Source of the DNA: Octopus vulgaris
Taxonomy: Eukaryota
Length of the DNA stretch: 64,000 nt
Assembly: GCA_951406725.2 (NCBI GenBank)
Contig: OX597819.1
Coordinates: 53,878,001-53,942,000, forward strand
Direction: 5' to 3'
Shown: one piece after another, positions 49,926 through 63,048 of the stretch
How positions within the stretch are numbered: position 1 is the first letter of the stretch
Layout: the number at the start of each line of letters is the position of its first letter
Made by a program: the position numbers and the translations under genes
The notes under the pieces: generated by a model
What the model saw: the letters and a program-made list of their open reading frames with translations, nothing else
The model's database searches: none
What the model was told of the DNA's origin: nothing

Positions 49926-50788
49926 GAGTTTAAGGTTCCTAATTAGACTGAAAAGCTGCTAATATTTAAAAGAAAAATCAAGTGATGGTCTTGCTTTAAA
50001 GCAAGTTGCAACCATCATAGAAACATGATTGACCTTGAACTCTGCTGTGCATATGCACTAAGTTTTAATGTTCTAGCTCACTTCTGCAGTTTACAGCAGT
50101 GCTAAGAAGAAACGTGTGTAGCATGTGATCATCACACTGACCATGAATCTGCATCAAATTTTGCCAAAAGCTTAGCAACACCTGCTCAGAGGTCTACACA
50201 AAGTTACAGAAGGTGTATGAAGAGGAGTGTATGAGCCAAAAAAATGTCGATAGTGATGAACATTCTGGGAGATTGCAACCAACAGAACTGAGAAAAACAT
50301 TGCAGATGTGCATGCATCTGTGAGAAGAAATTGTCAGATCACCATCTGTGAGTTAACAGAGGATGTGCAGGTTAATTACGGTTCAGTTCAGACCATTATC
50401 GCTGAAGATTTGGGTAAGAGATGCATGCCAAAACTGCTTTCAGCTGGCAACATACCTGCCCATTCAGCACAGCTTATGCAACAGCTTTTGGATAGGTGCA
50501 ACATTCCCGAGGTCTCACAGCCAACGTATTCCCTAGATTTCATCCTTTGCAGCTTTTCCTCTTTACAAAAATCAAATCCCATTTGAAGGGAAGATTTCAG
50601 GATGTCAAGGAATTCAAAGTGAATGTGACAAGGCAGCTGCTGATTATCCCAAAAAATGAGTTCCAGGAATGGCTTCCATTAATGGAAACAGCACTGGCTT
50701 AAGTGTGTGGCTTCCGAAGGGGACTACTTTGGTACATGTTGCAGTTGTCTTTATAGCACCAGTCCAGATACTTATTGATCAGACCTTG
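49926..50788 (+). mobile_element. Internally deleted mariner relic (third family)
   Basis: Translates as CIKFCQKL..EVYTKLQKVY, DEHSGR, ITICELTEDV..GSVQTII and PKLLS, which joins directly to NIPAH..PTYSLDF and KCVASEGDYF. The right end agtccagatacttattgatcagaccttg+TA looks like a TIR; no left TIR was found and the left boundary is approximate. Confidence 0.75.
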
Positions 50789-51380
50789 TACATACATATG
50801 TATGTATCATCATTATTGAACATCCATATTCCATGTTGGCATGGGTTGGATACTTTAACACAATCTGATGTCTATTTTTGGCATGGTTTCAATGGCTGAA
50901 TGCCCTTCCTAATGCCAACCACTTTACAGAATGCTTTTCTCATGGCACCAGCACTAGTGATGATCACCTTGTAACTTGTCAGGTCAGACCAGAAGAGAAA
51001 CTGGGTAATGATCCTTGGCTGAGGGATGAGAGAATGGTAAGTAAGAGATGGTGGAAAACTACAGGGAACAAGGGAGAGGAAAGAGATTAGTGATAGGGTT
51101 GAGAAAAAGGGAAGTTCAAAAAAGCTATAAGGGGCATGTGTAAACATAAGGTGTGAGGGAAAAGGAACAGGAAGGGAGCAATAGACCAAGGTGGGGGAGG
51201 AATTTTGTGAAAGTCACTGAAGGAAAGAGAGGCATAGGGGAGGTCATTTGAGTAGGTCAGAGGGGAAAGGTAACCTACAAAACCCACCAGGTGGTGCTGA
51301 TCCAGCATGACTGATACAAATAAAAGAAAAGAATAAAACACAAAAATACAAGACAAAGAAGCTTCAATAATTTATACATA

Positions 51381-51386
51381 TTTATT
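51381..51386 (-). promoter_or_regulatory. Candidate WBP11 polyadenylation signal (others at 51900-51905 and 51931-51936)
   Basis: AATAAA on the - strand ~810 nt past the stop, followed by T/GT-rich sequence on that strand. Confidence 0.35.
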
Positions 51387-51691
51387 TTTTCTTCTTTTTT
51401 ATCAATATAACAAAAATATTTGAAAAAAAAAAAACCTCCTCAAAATTAGCATCCTATCCATTACTTGTTTCTGTATAACAGAACACGTGTGTGTGCGGAT
51501 TTCTGGGGAACAAAGCAAAAAGAAATTAAGCTTTGTCTTTGTGAAGCTGGGCCTAATATAGAGAGCTTGTAGTTTCTTTAGACCCACAATGCACTCGAGA
51601 TCACAAAATATAGAGGAAGAGGAGTTGAAAGGGAGGCAGATGTAGTGTAATCATAAAACCAATTCAAGAAAGGAATTCTGTACAAACTAAG

Positions 51692-51748
<57 letters not shown>

Positions 51749-51981
51749 TATATATACATATATATATATAAAACAGATATTTAATCCACAATCATTAGTC
51801 CAACAAAATATATTGTTTCACCTGTGCCTCTTTGGGAATTGTTCTTGCAAAACAAAATACATTTAATTGGATTTATGATTATGGATTCAATATACATGTT
51901 TTATTCACTCTCAGATTTGTCTTTGAGCTTTTTATTCTAAGTGGCCAGGCACAGCTTCTTTTGAACTTATTAGCCCATGGA

Positions 51982-52013
<32 letters not shown>

Positions 52014-52195
52014 ATATATATGTATTTATGTATGTATAATTAATGTTTTAATAAAGATGTTTTGCTTAGGTTGTTAATAAATGACAATGTACATGACAAG
52101 TGTTGGATATAAGGCAAGCCACCCAAGGTAAGACAGAGGCTGTAATCTTGCCAACGATACCCAAGCAAACGCAGTTCTCAACAGGAGAAATGTAA

Positions 52196-52332
52196 TTACA
52201 AAAGGTTTTTCATTTCTTTCATAAACTCTTCATACACATCATCCTTAGTTTTCGTCTGTGTCACTGTGGGTGTGGGTTTATTCTGCATTCCGGAAGGTCT
52301 CTTTTCTTCTTCCTTCGCTGCCAGATTAGGAT
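52196..52332 (-). CDS. WBP11: WBP11 last coding exon (...TKDDVYEEFMKEMKNLL*)
   Basis: Acceptor tttgttttttAG; stop TAA at 52198-52196; conserved WBP11 C-terminal helix. Confidence 0.92.
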
Positions 52333-52412
52333 CTAAAAAACAAATAGTTGTCACATGAATATATGTTAATGTGAACACAAACATACATGTACACCTATTT
52401 ATCCATCTCCCA

Positions 52413-52453
<41 letters not shown>

Positions 52454-55400
52454 ATCTCCATCTCTCTCTCTCATCCAAACATGGAAAAGTGGACATTAAA
52501 ATTATATATCTATATCTATATATATATATCTCATCATCATCATCATCACTGTTGTTTTGTTAGCTTTCCATGCTGGTATGGCTTGAAAGGGGTGTCACAG
52601 TTATTTTCAGTTTGTCTGAAACTTATTATGACAGCATCAGTGAAGCATAGCATTGACCATATTTGGCAACAAACATAACTTTGCATGCTCCTCTTTGCTG
52701 GATTAACACAAAAAAAAAAAAACATGTATTACTTCTACCTCAAAGTAGAGTGGTTAGCAACATGAAGGTCATTCAGCAGTAAAACCAACCTGTCCATGCA
52801 AGCATAGAGACATAAAAATAAAACTGCAAACAGGAAAAGCAGAAATAAAGACATGAAGCAACAATACTTACTGATTATCTTTACACGACCTCTAGCATCA
52901 CGGATACCTCTCTTTACTTTTAGAGCTGTTGGAGTGAACCGTGTCACATCAGCTAGGAGGTTCTTGATCTGTGGCTTAGCTTCAATAGTAGCACTGCTGC
53001 CAGATTTCACATTGTCCTCACTGGATTTTAATGGAGGTTTCACAATGCTTGGAGGGGCACTCAACACACTGGCATTTAATGGACCGAGCCCAGTCACACC
53101 AGGTGGGGGAGGCAAGCCAGGAGGTGGGATGCTTGGTAATGCTCCAGGAGGTCGTATGAGTCGGGGTGGAACAACACCTGAAAATACAGAAAACAGAATC
53201 AAAATCCAAAAATTTTTTATGCACATTAGTATTTAATAGGAAGAAGAAAAAAGAGAGAGAGAGAGCAGGGAAGGAAAACAAAAGAAAATGTGATGTTTTC
53301 TTTGTTGAAAAATTATACCTTACATCTATGTATTTGAGCAAGTGTAACATAATGGTGTAAGGCCATCATTTCCTTTTGGGTCTCACCCTTCTCTCTCCTC
53401 TTACATTGACACCACAGGTGCTGTGGCTCAATTCATTTGGCATGTCTGCAAGTCTGCAGGGACAAACAGCAGGAAAAGTCCTAATGTCAGTAACAGAATA
53501 AAACTTCATGTAAAGTACTAGAAGTGGTGGCATGAAACAGGGCAACATGTCAAACCTCTGACTAAAAGGGGGTAACTACCAGAGCCCCTCAGAGAAAATT
53601 TGGTGTGATACGCTGACACTCTCTCTCCTGAGGAAGATTTATATACCCAAACAATAATGCTGCAGAAATTGACAAGGTACTAGACCTGAGGTGGGTGAAA
53701 AGATTAACTTTTACCATTATCAAATACAAAAATGATGTCTCTACACTTTTCTGGCACTCTGCTGGTTAGAATAATGAGTGCCCTAGTTGATCTGATCAAT
53801 GGAACAGCTGGTTCATGAAATTAAAGTGCAAGTGGCTGAGCACTCCACAGACACACATACCCTTAAAGCAGTTCTCAGAGAGATTCATTAAAAGGAGAAA
53901 AATATAAACAAAAAACAACAGAAAATTCACTCACCAGGTGGTCCTTGGGGCAATCTGGGAGGTAAGCCACGCAGATTAGGTGGTAGGCCAGGTGGTGGAC
54001 CAGGAGGTAAACCAGCAGGTCTTCCTGGTGGTGGACCTGGTGGTAACAGACGCGGCATAGTGCCAGCTGGAGGACGCAGCGGTGGAGGTCTCATGAATAC
54101 TGGTGCTCCAGGTGGTGGACCTAAAATGATAAAGAATTAACAAAATAAATACATTCACAAACACCTGACAAAATAAAAAGTAAAATGAATTCAAATAGTG
54201 AAATCCATAGATAAACTACTGAAATATTGTATCTTTAATAAATAAAAGAACTCCTTCCTTTAGAAACCGAATGGTTCATCAGCCAAGTAAATGATTAAGT
54301 ACTGTCCCACTTCAGCTTACCTCTCTGTCATAAAGCATTGTCTCCCAATCTCTTTTTATCCTTGACATAATGCACTCTTCCTGAACCTTTGCTCTCTCCC
54401 CTCCTAACATAATGTACTATCCCTTACTTATGTTAGTGGAGGCACATAGCTTAGTGGTTAAGGTGTTGGATTCATGATCATAAGATCAATGTTTCAATTC
54501 CTGGACCAGGCAACATGTTATGTTCTTGTGCAAAACAGTTCATTTCATGGTGTTTCAGTCCACTCAGCTGGCAAAAATGAGTAATCCTGTGACAGACTGG
54601 CATCCCATCCAGATGGCCCTTACAAGTCGGCATGACTTGAAAAGGTAACCTTTACCTTTGCTTATGTTACCCCAACAACTTAATGTTCTCCCTAACAGAA
54701 ATAGCCTCCAAACTTCTGCCTGCTCTGCCCAACATAATGCACTGTTACCATTCCTTTGACCTTCCTAAAATAACACAATGTCCCCTAATTTCTGACTCCC
54801 ACCAACATAATGCCCTGTTCTCAACATTTACCCCACTTCCAACATAATGTACTAACTCCTACTTCTGTCCTTCCCAAACTCTGGCTCTCACCATCCCCTT
54901 CTTCTGTTTTTGTCCTTTTCAGAAATAAAAAAGTTTTACTGACCTGGTGGAACCCCTGGTGGTCCTCCAGGAGGTAGTCCTGGAGGTGGACCTGGAGGAA
55001 TCAGCTTATTAGGATGTGAAGGGATGTCTGTTGCTGTTGGTACTACAGGTGCCATTGACATAATTGGTCCAGATTTATTATCTTGAGTGTCTGTATCGGA
55101 ATTCTGTTTAGCATTGTCTTCTTCATCTGAGAGCTAGAAAGAGAAAACACCGTATGTTTACTATAAAACCAAAAATGCATTTACACCGTAAATAATAAAA
55201 ATCAAACAAGTAATCTTTATGTCTACACTCTTTATGGCACTCCATCGGTTATGATAATGAGTGTTCCACTTGATTTGATCAACCAGACAGCTTGATCATT
55301 AAATTAATAGGCGTAGGAGTGGCTGTGTGGTAAGTAGCTTGCTTACCAACCACATGGATCTGGGTTTAGTTCCACTGCATGGCACTTTGGGCAAGTGTCT

Positions 55401-57612
55401 TCTACTATAGCCACTGGCCGACCAAAGCCTTGTGAGTGGATTTGGTAGATGGAAACTGAAAGAAGCCCATCATATATATATGTATATATATATATGTATG
55501 TGTGTATATATGTTTGTGTGTCTGTGTTTGTCCCCCCAACTTCGCTTGACAACCGATGCTGGTGTGTTTACATCCCCGTAACATAGTGGTTCGGCAAAAG
55601 TGACCGATAGAATAAGTACTAGGCTTACAAAGAATAAGTCCTGGGGTCGATTTGCTCGACTAAAGGCGGTGCTCCAGCATGGTGACAGTCAAATGACTGA
55701 AACAAGTAAAAGAGATAAAAGAGAAAAAATAAGAGAGAAACATGCCAGTGGCTGAGCACCCCACAGGCACACATACCCTTAAAGTAGTTCTCAGGGAGGT
55801 CAGCATGACGCAGGGTGTGACAAGGCTGGCCCTTTGAAATACAGGGGTACATATTCATTTTTGGCAGCAGAGTGGACGGAAGCAATGCTAAATAGAATAT
55901 CTTGCTCAAAGATACAACACGTCACTGGATATCGAATTCATGACCTTATAATTGTAAGCTGAATACCCAAACCACTACATCATGTGCCTTCACACATGTC
56001 AACACTAAGTAAAGTATAAATGGACACATTAAGCTCATTGATCAGAAAAGGATGCAATCTTAATTTTGACTCAGTTGCCTTTGTCAGACAGTCAAGTCGA
56101 AAGACAATGGAGCTAAAATTCCAAGTCATATACACCATCCGAGCGTGGCCGTTCGCCAGCCTCGTCTGGCACCTGTGTCGGTGGCACATAAAAAACACCA
56201 TCCGAGCGTGGCCGTTCGCCAGCCTCGTCTGGCACCTGTGTCGGTGGCACATAAAATCACCCACTACACTCTCGGAGTGGTTGGCATTAGGAAGGGCATC
56301 CAGCTGTAGAAACACTGCCAGATCTGACTGGCCTGGTGCAGCCTTCGGGCTTCCCAGACCCCAGTTGAACCGTCCAACCCATGCTAGCATGGAAAGCGGA
56401 CGTTAAACGATGATGATGATGATGATGATTGTTAACCTTAAATGTATCGAGTGACCAATTAATTAATGTTTGATTATTTTTATATATAACTACACATGAA
56501 AACAACCACTTTTAATAAACATATGCATATACATGTTGTGCAATCCATGCCCATAGGAAAAATAGGAAGTGTGTGTGTGTGTGTGTGTTTGTGTATCATC
56601 ATCATTTTACATCCACTTTCCTTGCTGGCATGAGGTGGACAGTTTGACTGTATCAGTCAGATTGGAAGACCATGGACTGCTCTAGTGTTTCAGATTTGGT
56701 AAGGGTTTTTATGGCCCTTCCTAACACCAACTACTTTACAGAGTGTACTAAGTATATTTTTAATGCACTAGCATTATGGAAGTTGTCTTGCCCTCAACAA
56801 AAATAAAAAGTCCTCATAAGCCATGATGCTAGCACATAAATTTCATGAGCAGGCTGTTCCATTGATTGGATGAACTGGAATACTTGTCATCATAAGCAAT
56901 GGAGTGTCAGTGTATATCTTATAAAATATAAAAGCAAGTTGACAAAAAAAGATGAAGTGTTACATTTTTCTGTTCAGTATTTGTATTTTCATCCTCTTCA
57001 TTGACATCCTTAGAGTCATCCTCTTCACTATCAGAACTGTTCTGCTCTCTTGATTTACTGTCTTTCTCCTTGCTGTCTTTACTGTCACTCTCTTCATCTT
57101 TCTCTTCGTCTTCATCCTCTTCCTGTACATCAGGGGCCTGTTGTCCAGCCATACGCAACATCATCGCTTGTAGAGGGGTGACATTCTTACGTATTTTCTT
57201 AGCAAACTGATACTTAAACTCTTTCTCAGTTTCCTCAGGAGCTGCCTTTGCCTTGTCATCAGCAAAACGGATTTTTCTAATTTTAGCTAAAACAATTGAA
57301 AAAGAAATAATAAAAAAACCAAATTAGAGAGAGACATCTAAAATATTTCAACCAATAAATTTAATGCTATTTGTCATCATTTAATATCCACTTTTCCATG
57401 TGTGGGTCAGATGGAATTTCTGAGGCAGATTTTCTACATCTGGATGCCCATCTGGCCAACAAATTTCTACATCACTAGACATATTTTTCATGGAAGACTG
57501 GAAATGGATAACCTCACTAGTATGATGATGCCCCTTACAAACATCACATGATATCTAGCTAAAGGTACACACAAACACATATAAATGTACATATCTATCT
57601 ATCTATGTGTGC

Positions 57613-57666
<54 letters not shown>

Positions 57667-59800
57667 ATACATATACATAAACACACACATTTACAAAAGC
57701 TTTTTTCAGTTTCCATCAACCAAATCCACTTGCAAGGCTTTGGTTGGCTCAGGGCTGTATTAAAAGTCACTTGCCCGAGATTCCACACAATGGCAAAATA
57801 AACTTCTTAACTATACAGCCATGCCTACACACATACACGCACATGTGCATGCGAGTATATAACACACACATACACACATTTGTAATGTTGAAGGAAATAG
57901 AATAAATAAAAATCTCAAATGATAGATTAAGGATACAATACATTTCCTTTCTTGCAAACACTAGACACTTTATTCATTGATGCATTCAGTAGAAACAAGG
58001 CTTAAGACTTTGTAACAAATAAGGAGTGTATTGGGTTATGAGAAAAAAGAAGAAAAAGTACCAAGCCATACCAGCAGGTGGTTCTCCAACAGGCTCAGGA
58101 ACATTTTGTACAACTTCAGCTGCATGTTCCTCAACATCTACATTACCAATGATTTCATGAATATCTACAACAGAAAGAAACACAAATGTCAAAATGTGTA
58201 GTGAGAAAAATATTGCACCAATCTGAGCAGTTACTGATTTGGTTTTACACCTACAGGTAGCAGAATCACCCCGTATACAATCTAAGATTTACAGTTATAT
58301 TCATATTTACCCAGTATTGTTAAAGAATGTTATGGTTGTCAATAAGAATTAAGTATGTGAATTGAGATCTGTAACAAAACTATTTCTGAAATTTTTAGCC
58401 ATTTTCTTTTATATAAACTGATAGAATTATCATCACCATTTAATGTACATGTTTTATGCTGACATGGATTAGACAGTTTGACAATCCAAAGAGCCCCAGG
58501 ACTGCATCATGCTCCACTGCCTGCTTTAGCACGGTTTCTATGGCTGGATGCATCCTGCCATAGAAACCACTTTCAGCATATTCTGGGTGCTTTTTCAAGC
58601 CACTAGCCTAGTGACAGTGCCATACAGCTTGTAAGACTATGAACGCCAAGAGAGATGAGGGGTAAAGTATGAGAGAAGAGTCAGAACAGAACAAGTCTCT
58701 TGGTGTAGAGAAGTTGCAAGACTACTCACATTTTATAAGAGTCATGTAGAATAGAATCATGAATATATTTATTACAAACTGAATTAGTGTCAATTATTGG
58801 TTTGTTTGCTCAACATTTTCTTCCACCACTTTTAACAGTCTGCTAATCTTATTCCTTCATTTAACTTCAGGTGGTGGCATTATTATTATTATTGAATGAG
58901 AGAGCAGTGCATGCCATCAAAGTGACACTACGGTAAAATATACAAAGCCTTGTATAAGGATCATGACTACACAACTGATAAGGGTATACCAGACACATGC
59001 ATCACAACCATATGTGCACAATATGGTGATCTCATATCAAGATAAATAGCACATGACCTTGCAGGTGGGGCCCAGTTAAAATTTTCTTCAGGTCGAGTAG
59101 CCCATCCTGCCCAAAAGGTCCCTGAATAAGGTTTGTTTAAGGATGTTGAATGAAATACTCATGTTTCCAGAGGTGAATTATTCAAATCCCCAAAATTCCT
59201 CTCAACACATGACTATAATGCTCCCCTACTACTTCTGCTCATGATCAAAGATGCACATATCATCAGCCAATAAGGGACATGCTTAACTGATCATGGTCAA
59301 ACAACTGACAAGCAAATCTGTGGTATGGAGCAGAATATTTGCTGCAGCCCATCTTTTATACCAAGACAAAACAAGCTACAGTAGGAAAAAAATTAATGAA
59401 AATTTTTATATGAGATAATATGTAGTGACAATAGACAATCTAGAATTTAACAGTTAAGACTTAAAAGCTGGAATGAAATAAAAAAAAAATATTGGAATTT
59501 TTTTAACTAATGAAAAGATGATAAGGACAAGAGATTGAAAGGTATATGAATAAAAGAAAGAAAAGATTAAAAGGAAATGTATAATATGCAGAAATAGTAA
59601 TAAGAATGTCTTACCTTTTTCAGGATCATACTCTTCATCTTCACTGTCAGTAAGAGGAGGCGGTGAGCCAGGTGGAGGTCCTGGAGGTGATTTTTCTATG
59701 TACAGTTTCATATCAATGATTTTACCATCACCAGTTTTAGGACTAGAAAAAAAAAGATTTATATTCATTAAGAGAATAAATGCATTAATAGTAAAAACTG

Positions 59801-59848
<48 letters not shown>

Positions 59849-62800
59849 GAGAAAGAGGAAGAGATACAGGATGGCTGCATTGGATACAATGCCTGGCAGT
59901 ATTTGTTCCAGCTCATTAGACACTGTTCAAATTCCATCAAGTCAATAAAAAAAGATATCAGATCCAATCAATTATTGGGATTAATTTTACTGACTGTAAA
60001 ATTTGGCAACAAATTTTTTAAGTCAGTCTGAAGTTGTCTTAAACTTTGTTCTGGCAGCTTTTGCAACAATGCTACTACTAAGTTGCACTGGCCCTTCTTC
60101 ACAGACAACATCAGTGGCTCAGAGAGAAGAGAGCTTCAGCATAAGCAACTGCTAATTTTCAAACAAACTTGTCCAGGCTTCTACTTTGTAGAGAACACTC
60201 TAACAGCACCTCAGTTCACTCTCTAAACAGAAACTGAATCAAGACTTCCAAATGTTTGATTGCATGGAACATACAGATGTTAAAAGACATCATCCCCATC
60301 ATCATTTAATGTCCATGTTCCATACTGACATGAGTGGAACCATCGGACAAGGTCCAATGGGTACAAGGACTGCATCATACCACAGTGTCTGCTTTGGCAT
60401 GGTTTCTATGGCTGGATACCTAACATCAACCACTTTATAGTGTGTAGGTGGTGGCCTTTTTTGTGCCACTGGCACTAGTTACATCCCCATGCAGCTTGCT
60501 AGTATACAAAATCAAGGGAGTTGGGGATATATAATCAGCCGAAATTGTGAAGATAAGCTGGTACTTGACTGAGGAAAGAAAACTTTGAATGACCCGTCCT
60601 TGTTTTCTTTGTATCGTCTATCTGGATTTTTTGTTGTCCCATATTTGTATCACCTGACTGTCCGGATGTTTTGCGTTCTTGTCCCATTTTGTATTTTACA
60701 AAAGAGACCAATAGAATAAGTACCAGGCTTACAAAGAATAAGTCCTGGAGTTGATTTGTTCGACTAAAACCCCTTAAGGTGGTGCTCCAGTATGGTTGCA
60801 GTCAAATGACTGAAACAAGTAAAAGAATCAGCTCTTGAGTCACTCTATGTATATTCTCGTAATCAAATGTATGAGAAGTTACAGTTAGGAGATCCTCCAC
60901 ATATTCTCAACATGTATATGCTTATTATAAATTTATTATATTTATAATATTAATACTAATATTTATAATGTATTTCCTATACTGTAATGAAGTGTAACAT
61001 GGAATTAAAAATGTACCAAATTTTCTAGTCTTTGTTTTAATGAATATATGGAAGTAGACTGGGTGTGTGTGTATTAAGCAAAATAAACTATAAATGGGTT
61101 AATTTAAGCTTCTTGTCTTGACGGGATAATTTTGAAATCCATACATTTTAAATCAGCATAAAAGTTACAAATACAATCATTTGTATTTACATTTTGTGGG
61201 TAAATCATGGGGGCATAACTCTTCAAGGATGAAAATGAGTTGCTTCCATTACATTAGGTACAACAGTAACAAAGGACTTAAATAAGTAAATTAATAAATT
61301 TAATGGAAAAGGATGAAAAATTATACCAGGCTATGAGAAACAGTATTTGTTTTGAAACAAATGAAGGGTAGCCAGCCATAGGAAATCTACCTCAACAAAT
61401 TCTGTCTGATCCATGCAAACATGGAAAAGCGTATGTTAAATGATGACAATGATGATGATACAGAGGGCTTCTCTTAGTTTCTGTCTACAAAATCCACTCA
61501 CAAGGCCTTGGTCAGTACAGAACTATTGTAGAGGACACTTACCTAAGATGCCATGCAGTGAGACTGAACTCAGGACAAAGTGGTTGAGAAGCAAGCTTCT
61601 TCACCACACAGCCACACCAGTGCCTATCCATGCCTGAACCTCAAATGTATTCGATATTTTGATATATTCAAGATTTTGGAGGAGGGTTACTACTTGTATA
61701 TATTATGATGGTGTTGACCAACTGAAATTTCACTGTATCATTCACATCAATTGAGATTTTTATTTAAATATGAATCCTTTAGTATAAGCAGGGTAGGGTG
61801 ATATTGAAAAAGCTAATCAAGACGAGCAAAGAAACAACTCATAAAGCAATACTTACACAAACAAGGATGGTTTTTTAAGAATGCCTACAGGTTGTTTCTG
61901 GTTTGGAGCTGGTATTGCACCAAGAGGAGGCATTTCATTTGGTAAAGGAATCATAGAAGGAACTGAGTAAAGAAAAAAAAAATCCAATGAAATATTTATA
62001 GTTCAAACAGTGGAAATAAGTATTCAATGATTTGTGTTAAACTTCTTTAAATCTAAGTTTATAACAGAAATATAGAAGATTAACTAAATTATTGCTAAAA
62101 GATGATTATAGAATTTAAACAATCTTCCTTGATCTTACAATATGTTGGTTTAATTTTAATTTTTATATCACATGAAATCATTTTCACAATTAAACTTTAA
62201 CATAATTTATTTAAGTATGTTTCTAGATAAAAAAAAACTTCTAATTAATAACAATCATTAAGATAAGATATTATATTTTGATATTTACATAGTTTATAAA
62301 GCATACATACAATCATCACCACACCAATTTACATCTGTTTTTCCATTCTGGTATGGGTCAGATAAGTTATATACTTGACATGGTCTGCATCATCTTGCAC
62401 ATGCAGCAACTGAGAAAGCAAGCCAATACATCATATAGTGTGAACTGCATGTATTTTATTGTGCTCCTTGCATGTGAGATATTTTCCTATGCAGAAATAT
62501 TTAAGAGATCCCCTGTATATCTGTACGAGTTCTTATTTAGAGTTACAACCCAACTAAATGCCTAGCATGCATTGCACCTTGCAGAGTCCATGTCTTGCTC
62601 ATGTATTTCATTTTTTGGCTTGCTATCTATGCTGGATGTATCTTCTATCACCAGCCTCTATACAAAGTGTATTGAAAGCATTCAATCATGCCACAAATAC
62701 TAAAGAAGCTGTCCAATGAAAGAGGACCAAAGAGTAGCCTCTGCTCTGAATAACTCCTTCTTTAGAGTTAGTGTCCTCCAAATGGATTACCTGGGACATA

Positions 62801-63048
62801 GTTTGCAGAGTCCACACACACACACACTTTATATATAATACAATAGTTTTGGTTAACATTAATTAGATTTTCATCCAGTAATTCTGAAACATTCCTATTT
62901 TAAACACTGGAAATGAAGAACATCATTAATCATTATAAGGACACAAAGAAAGAAGATAACAAAGATGTTAATTTACTGGTGTATTCCAAGGGTAAGTCAG
63001 GCAGTGGAATCTGATCCAGTTGTACACGTTCAGCATTCTTCACTTGTT
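52196..63048 (-). CDS. WBP11: WW domain-binding protein 11 (WBP11/SIPP1/NpwBP), 5'-partial; join(complement) 62977-63048, 61857-61962, 59615-59742, 58072-58164, 56964-57286, 54944-55133, 53935-54120, 52872-53177, 52196-52332
   Basis: Nine GT-AG exons splice in one open frame (1541 nt, intron phases 1,2,1,1,0,1,1,1). Diagnostic motifs: VKNAERVQLDQIPLPDLP, GILKK, PPGPPPG, KIRFAD, VTPLQAMMLRMAGQ, Pro-rich PPGPPP tracts, TIEAKPQIKNLLADVTRFTPTALKVKR and C-terminal TKDDVYEEFMKEMKNLL*. Confidence 0.93.
52872..53177 (-). CDS. WBP11: WBP11 exon (VVPPRLIRPP...VLSAPP...TRFTPTALKVKR...KII)
   Basis: Acceptor gtattttcAG, donor GTaagt; 306 nt, phase 1/1. Confidence 0.92.
53935..54120 (-). CDS. WBP11: WBP11 proline-rich exon (PPPGAPVFMRPPPLRPP...LPPRLPQGPP)
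   Basis: Acceptor ttatcattttAG, donor GTgagt; 186 nt, phase 1/1. Confidence 0.9.
54436..54660 (+). mobile_element. SINE family C-type copy
   Basis: 9-bp TSD cttatgtta (54427-54435 and 54661-54669). Confidence 0.7.
54944..55133 (-). CDS. WBP11: WBP11 exon (LSDEEDN...IPPGPPPGLPPGGPPGVPP)
   Basis: Acceptor ttttctctttctAG, donor GTcagt; 190 nt, phase 0/1. Confidence 0.88.
55310..55735 (+). mobile_element. SINE family B copy in a WBP11 intron
   Basis: Full-length match to the other family B copies. Confidence 0.82.
56131..56428 (+). mobile_element. Family D copy with two near-identical 63-bp units
   Basis: Units start at 56132 and 56195; the copy ends gttaaacgatgatgatgatg. Confidence 0.75.
56964..57286 (-). 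CDS. WBP11: WBP11 exon (KIRKIRFADD...VTPLQAMMLRMAGQ plus acidic tract)
   Basis: Acceptor ttgttttAG, donor GTaaca; 323 nt, phase 1/0. Confidence 0.88.
58072..58164 (-). CDS. WBP11: WBP11 exon (DIHEIIGNVDVEEHAAEVVQNVPEPVGEPPA)
   Basis: Acceptor ttctttctgttgtAG, donor GTatgg; 93 nt, phase 1/1. It keeps the frame but is poorly conserved in sequence. Confidence 0.75.
58896..59372 (-). mobile_element. 3' UTR fragment of the same R4/Dong element, in a WBP11 intron
   Basis: Colinear with 9097-9470 (gagagcagtgcatgccatcaaagtgacact...) and abuts (tta)n at 58881-58893. Confidence 0.8.
59615..59742 (-). CDS. WBP11: WBP11 exon (PKTGDG...SPPGPPPGSPPPLTDSEDEEYDPEK)
   Basis: Acceptor tttttttttctAG, donor GTaaga; 128 nt, phase 2/1. 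Confidence 0.9.
61857..61962 (-). CDS. WBP11: WBP11 exon (IPSMIPLPNEMPP...GILKKPSLF)
   Basis: Acceptor ttttctttactcAG, donor GTaagt; 106 nt, phase 1/2. Confidence 0.88.
62977..63048 (-). CDS. WBP11: WBP11 exon (QVKNAERVQLDQIPLPDLPLEYT)
   Basis: Acceptor tttctatttcAG, donor GTaaat; 72 nt, phase 1/1. Confidence 0.85.

Noticed and set aside
58060-58071. Alternative WBP11 donor (ttg|gtactt) 10 nt downstream
   Set aside because: It gives phase 2 and frameshifts the next exon.
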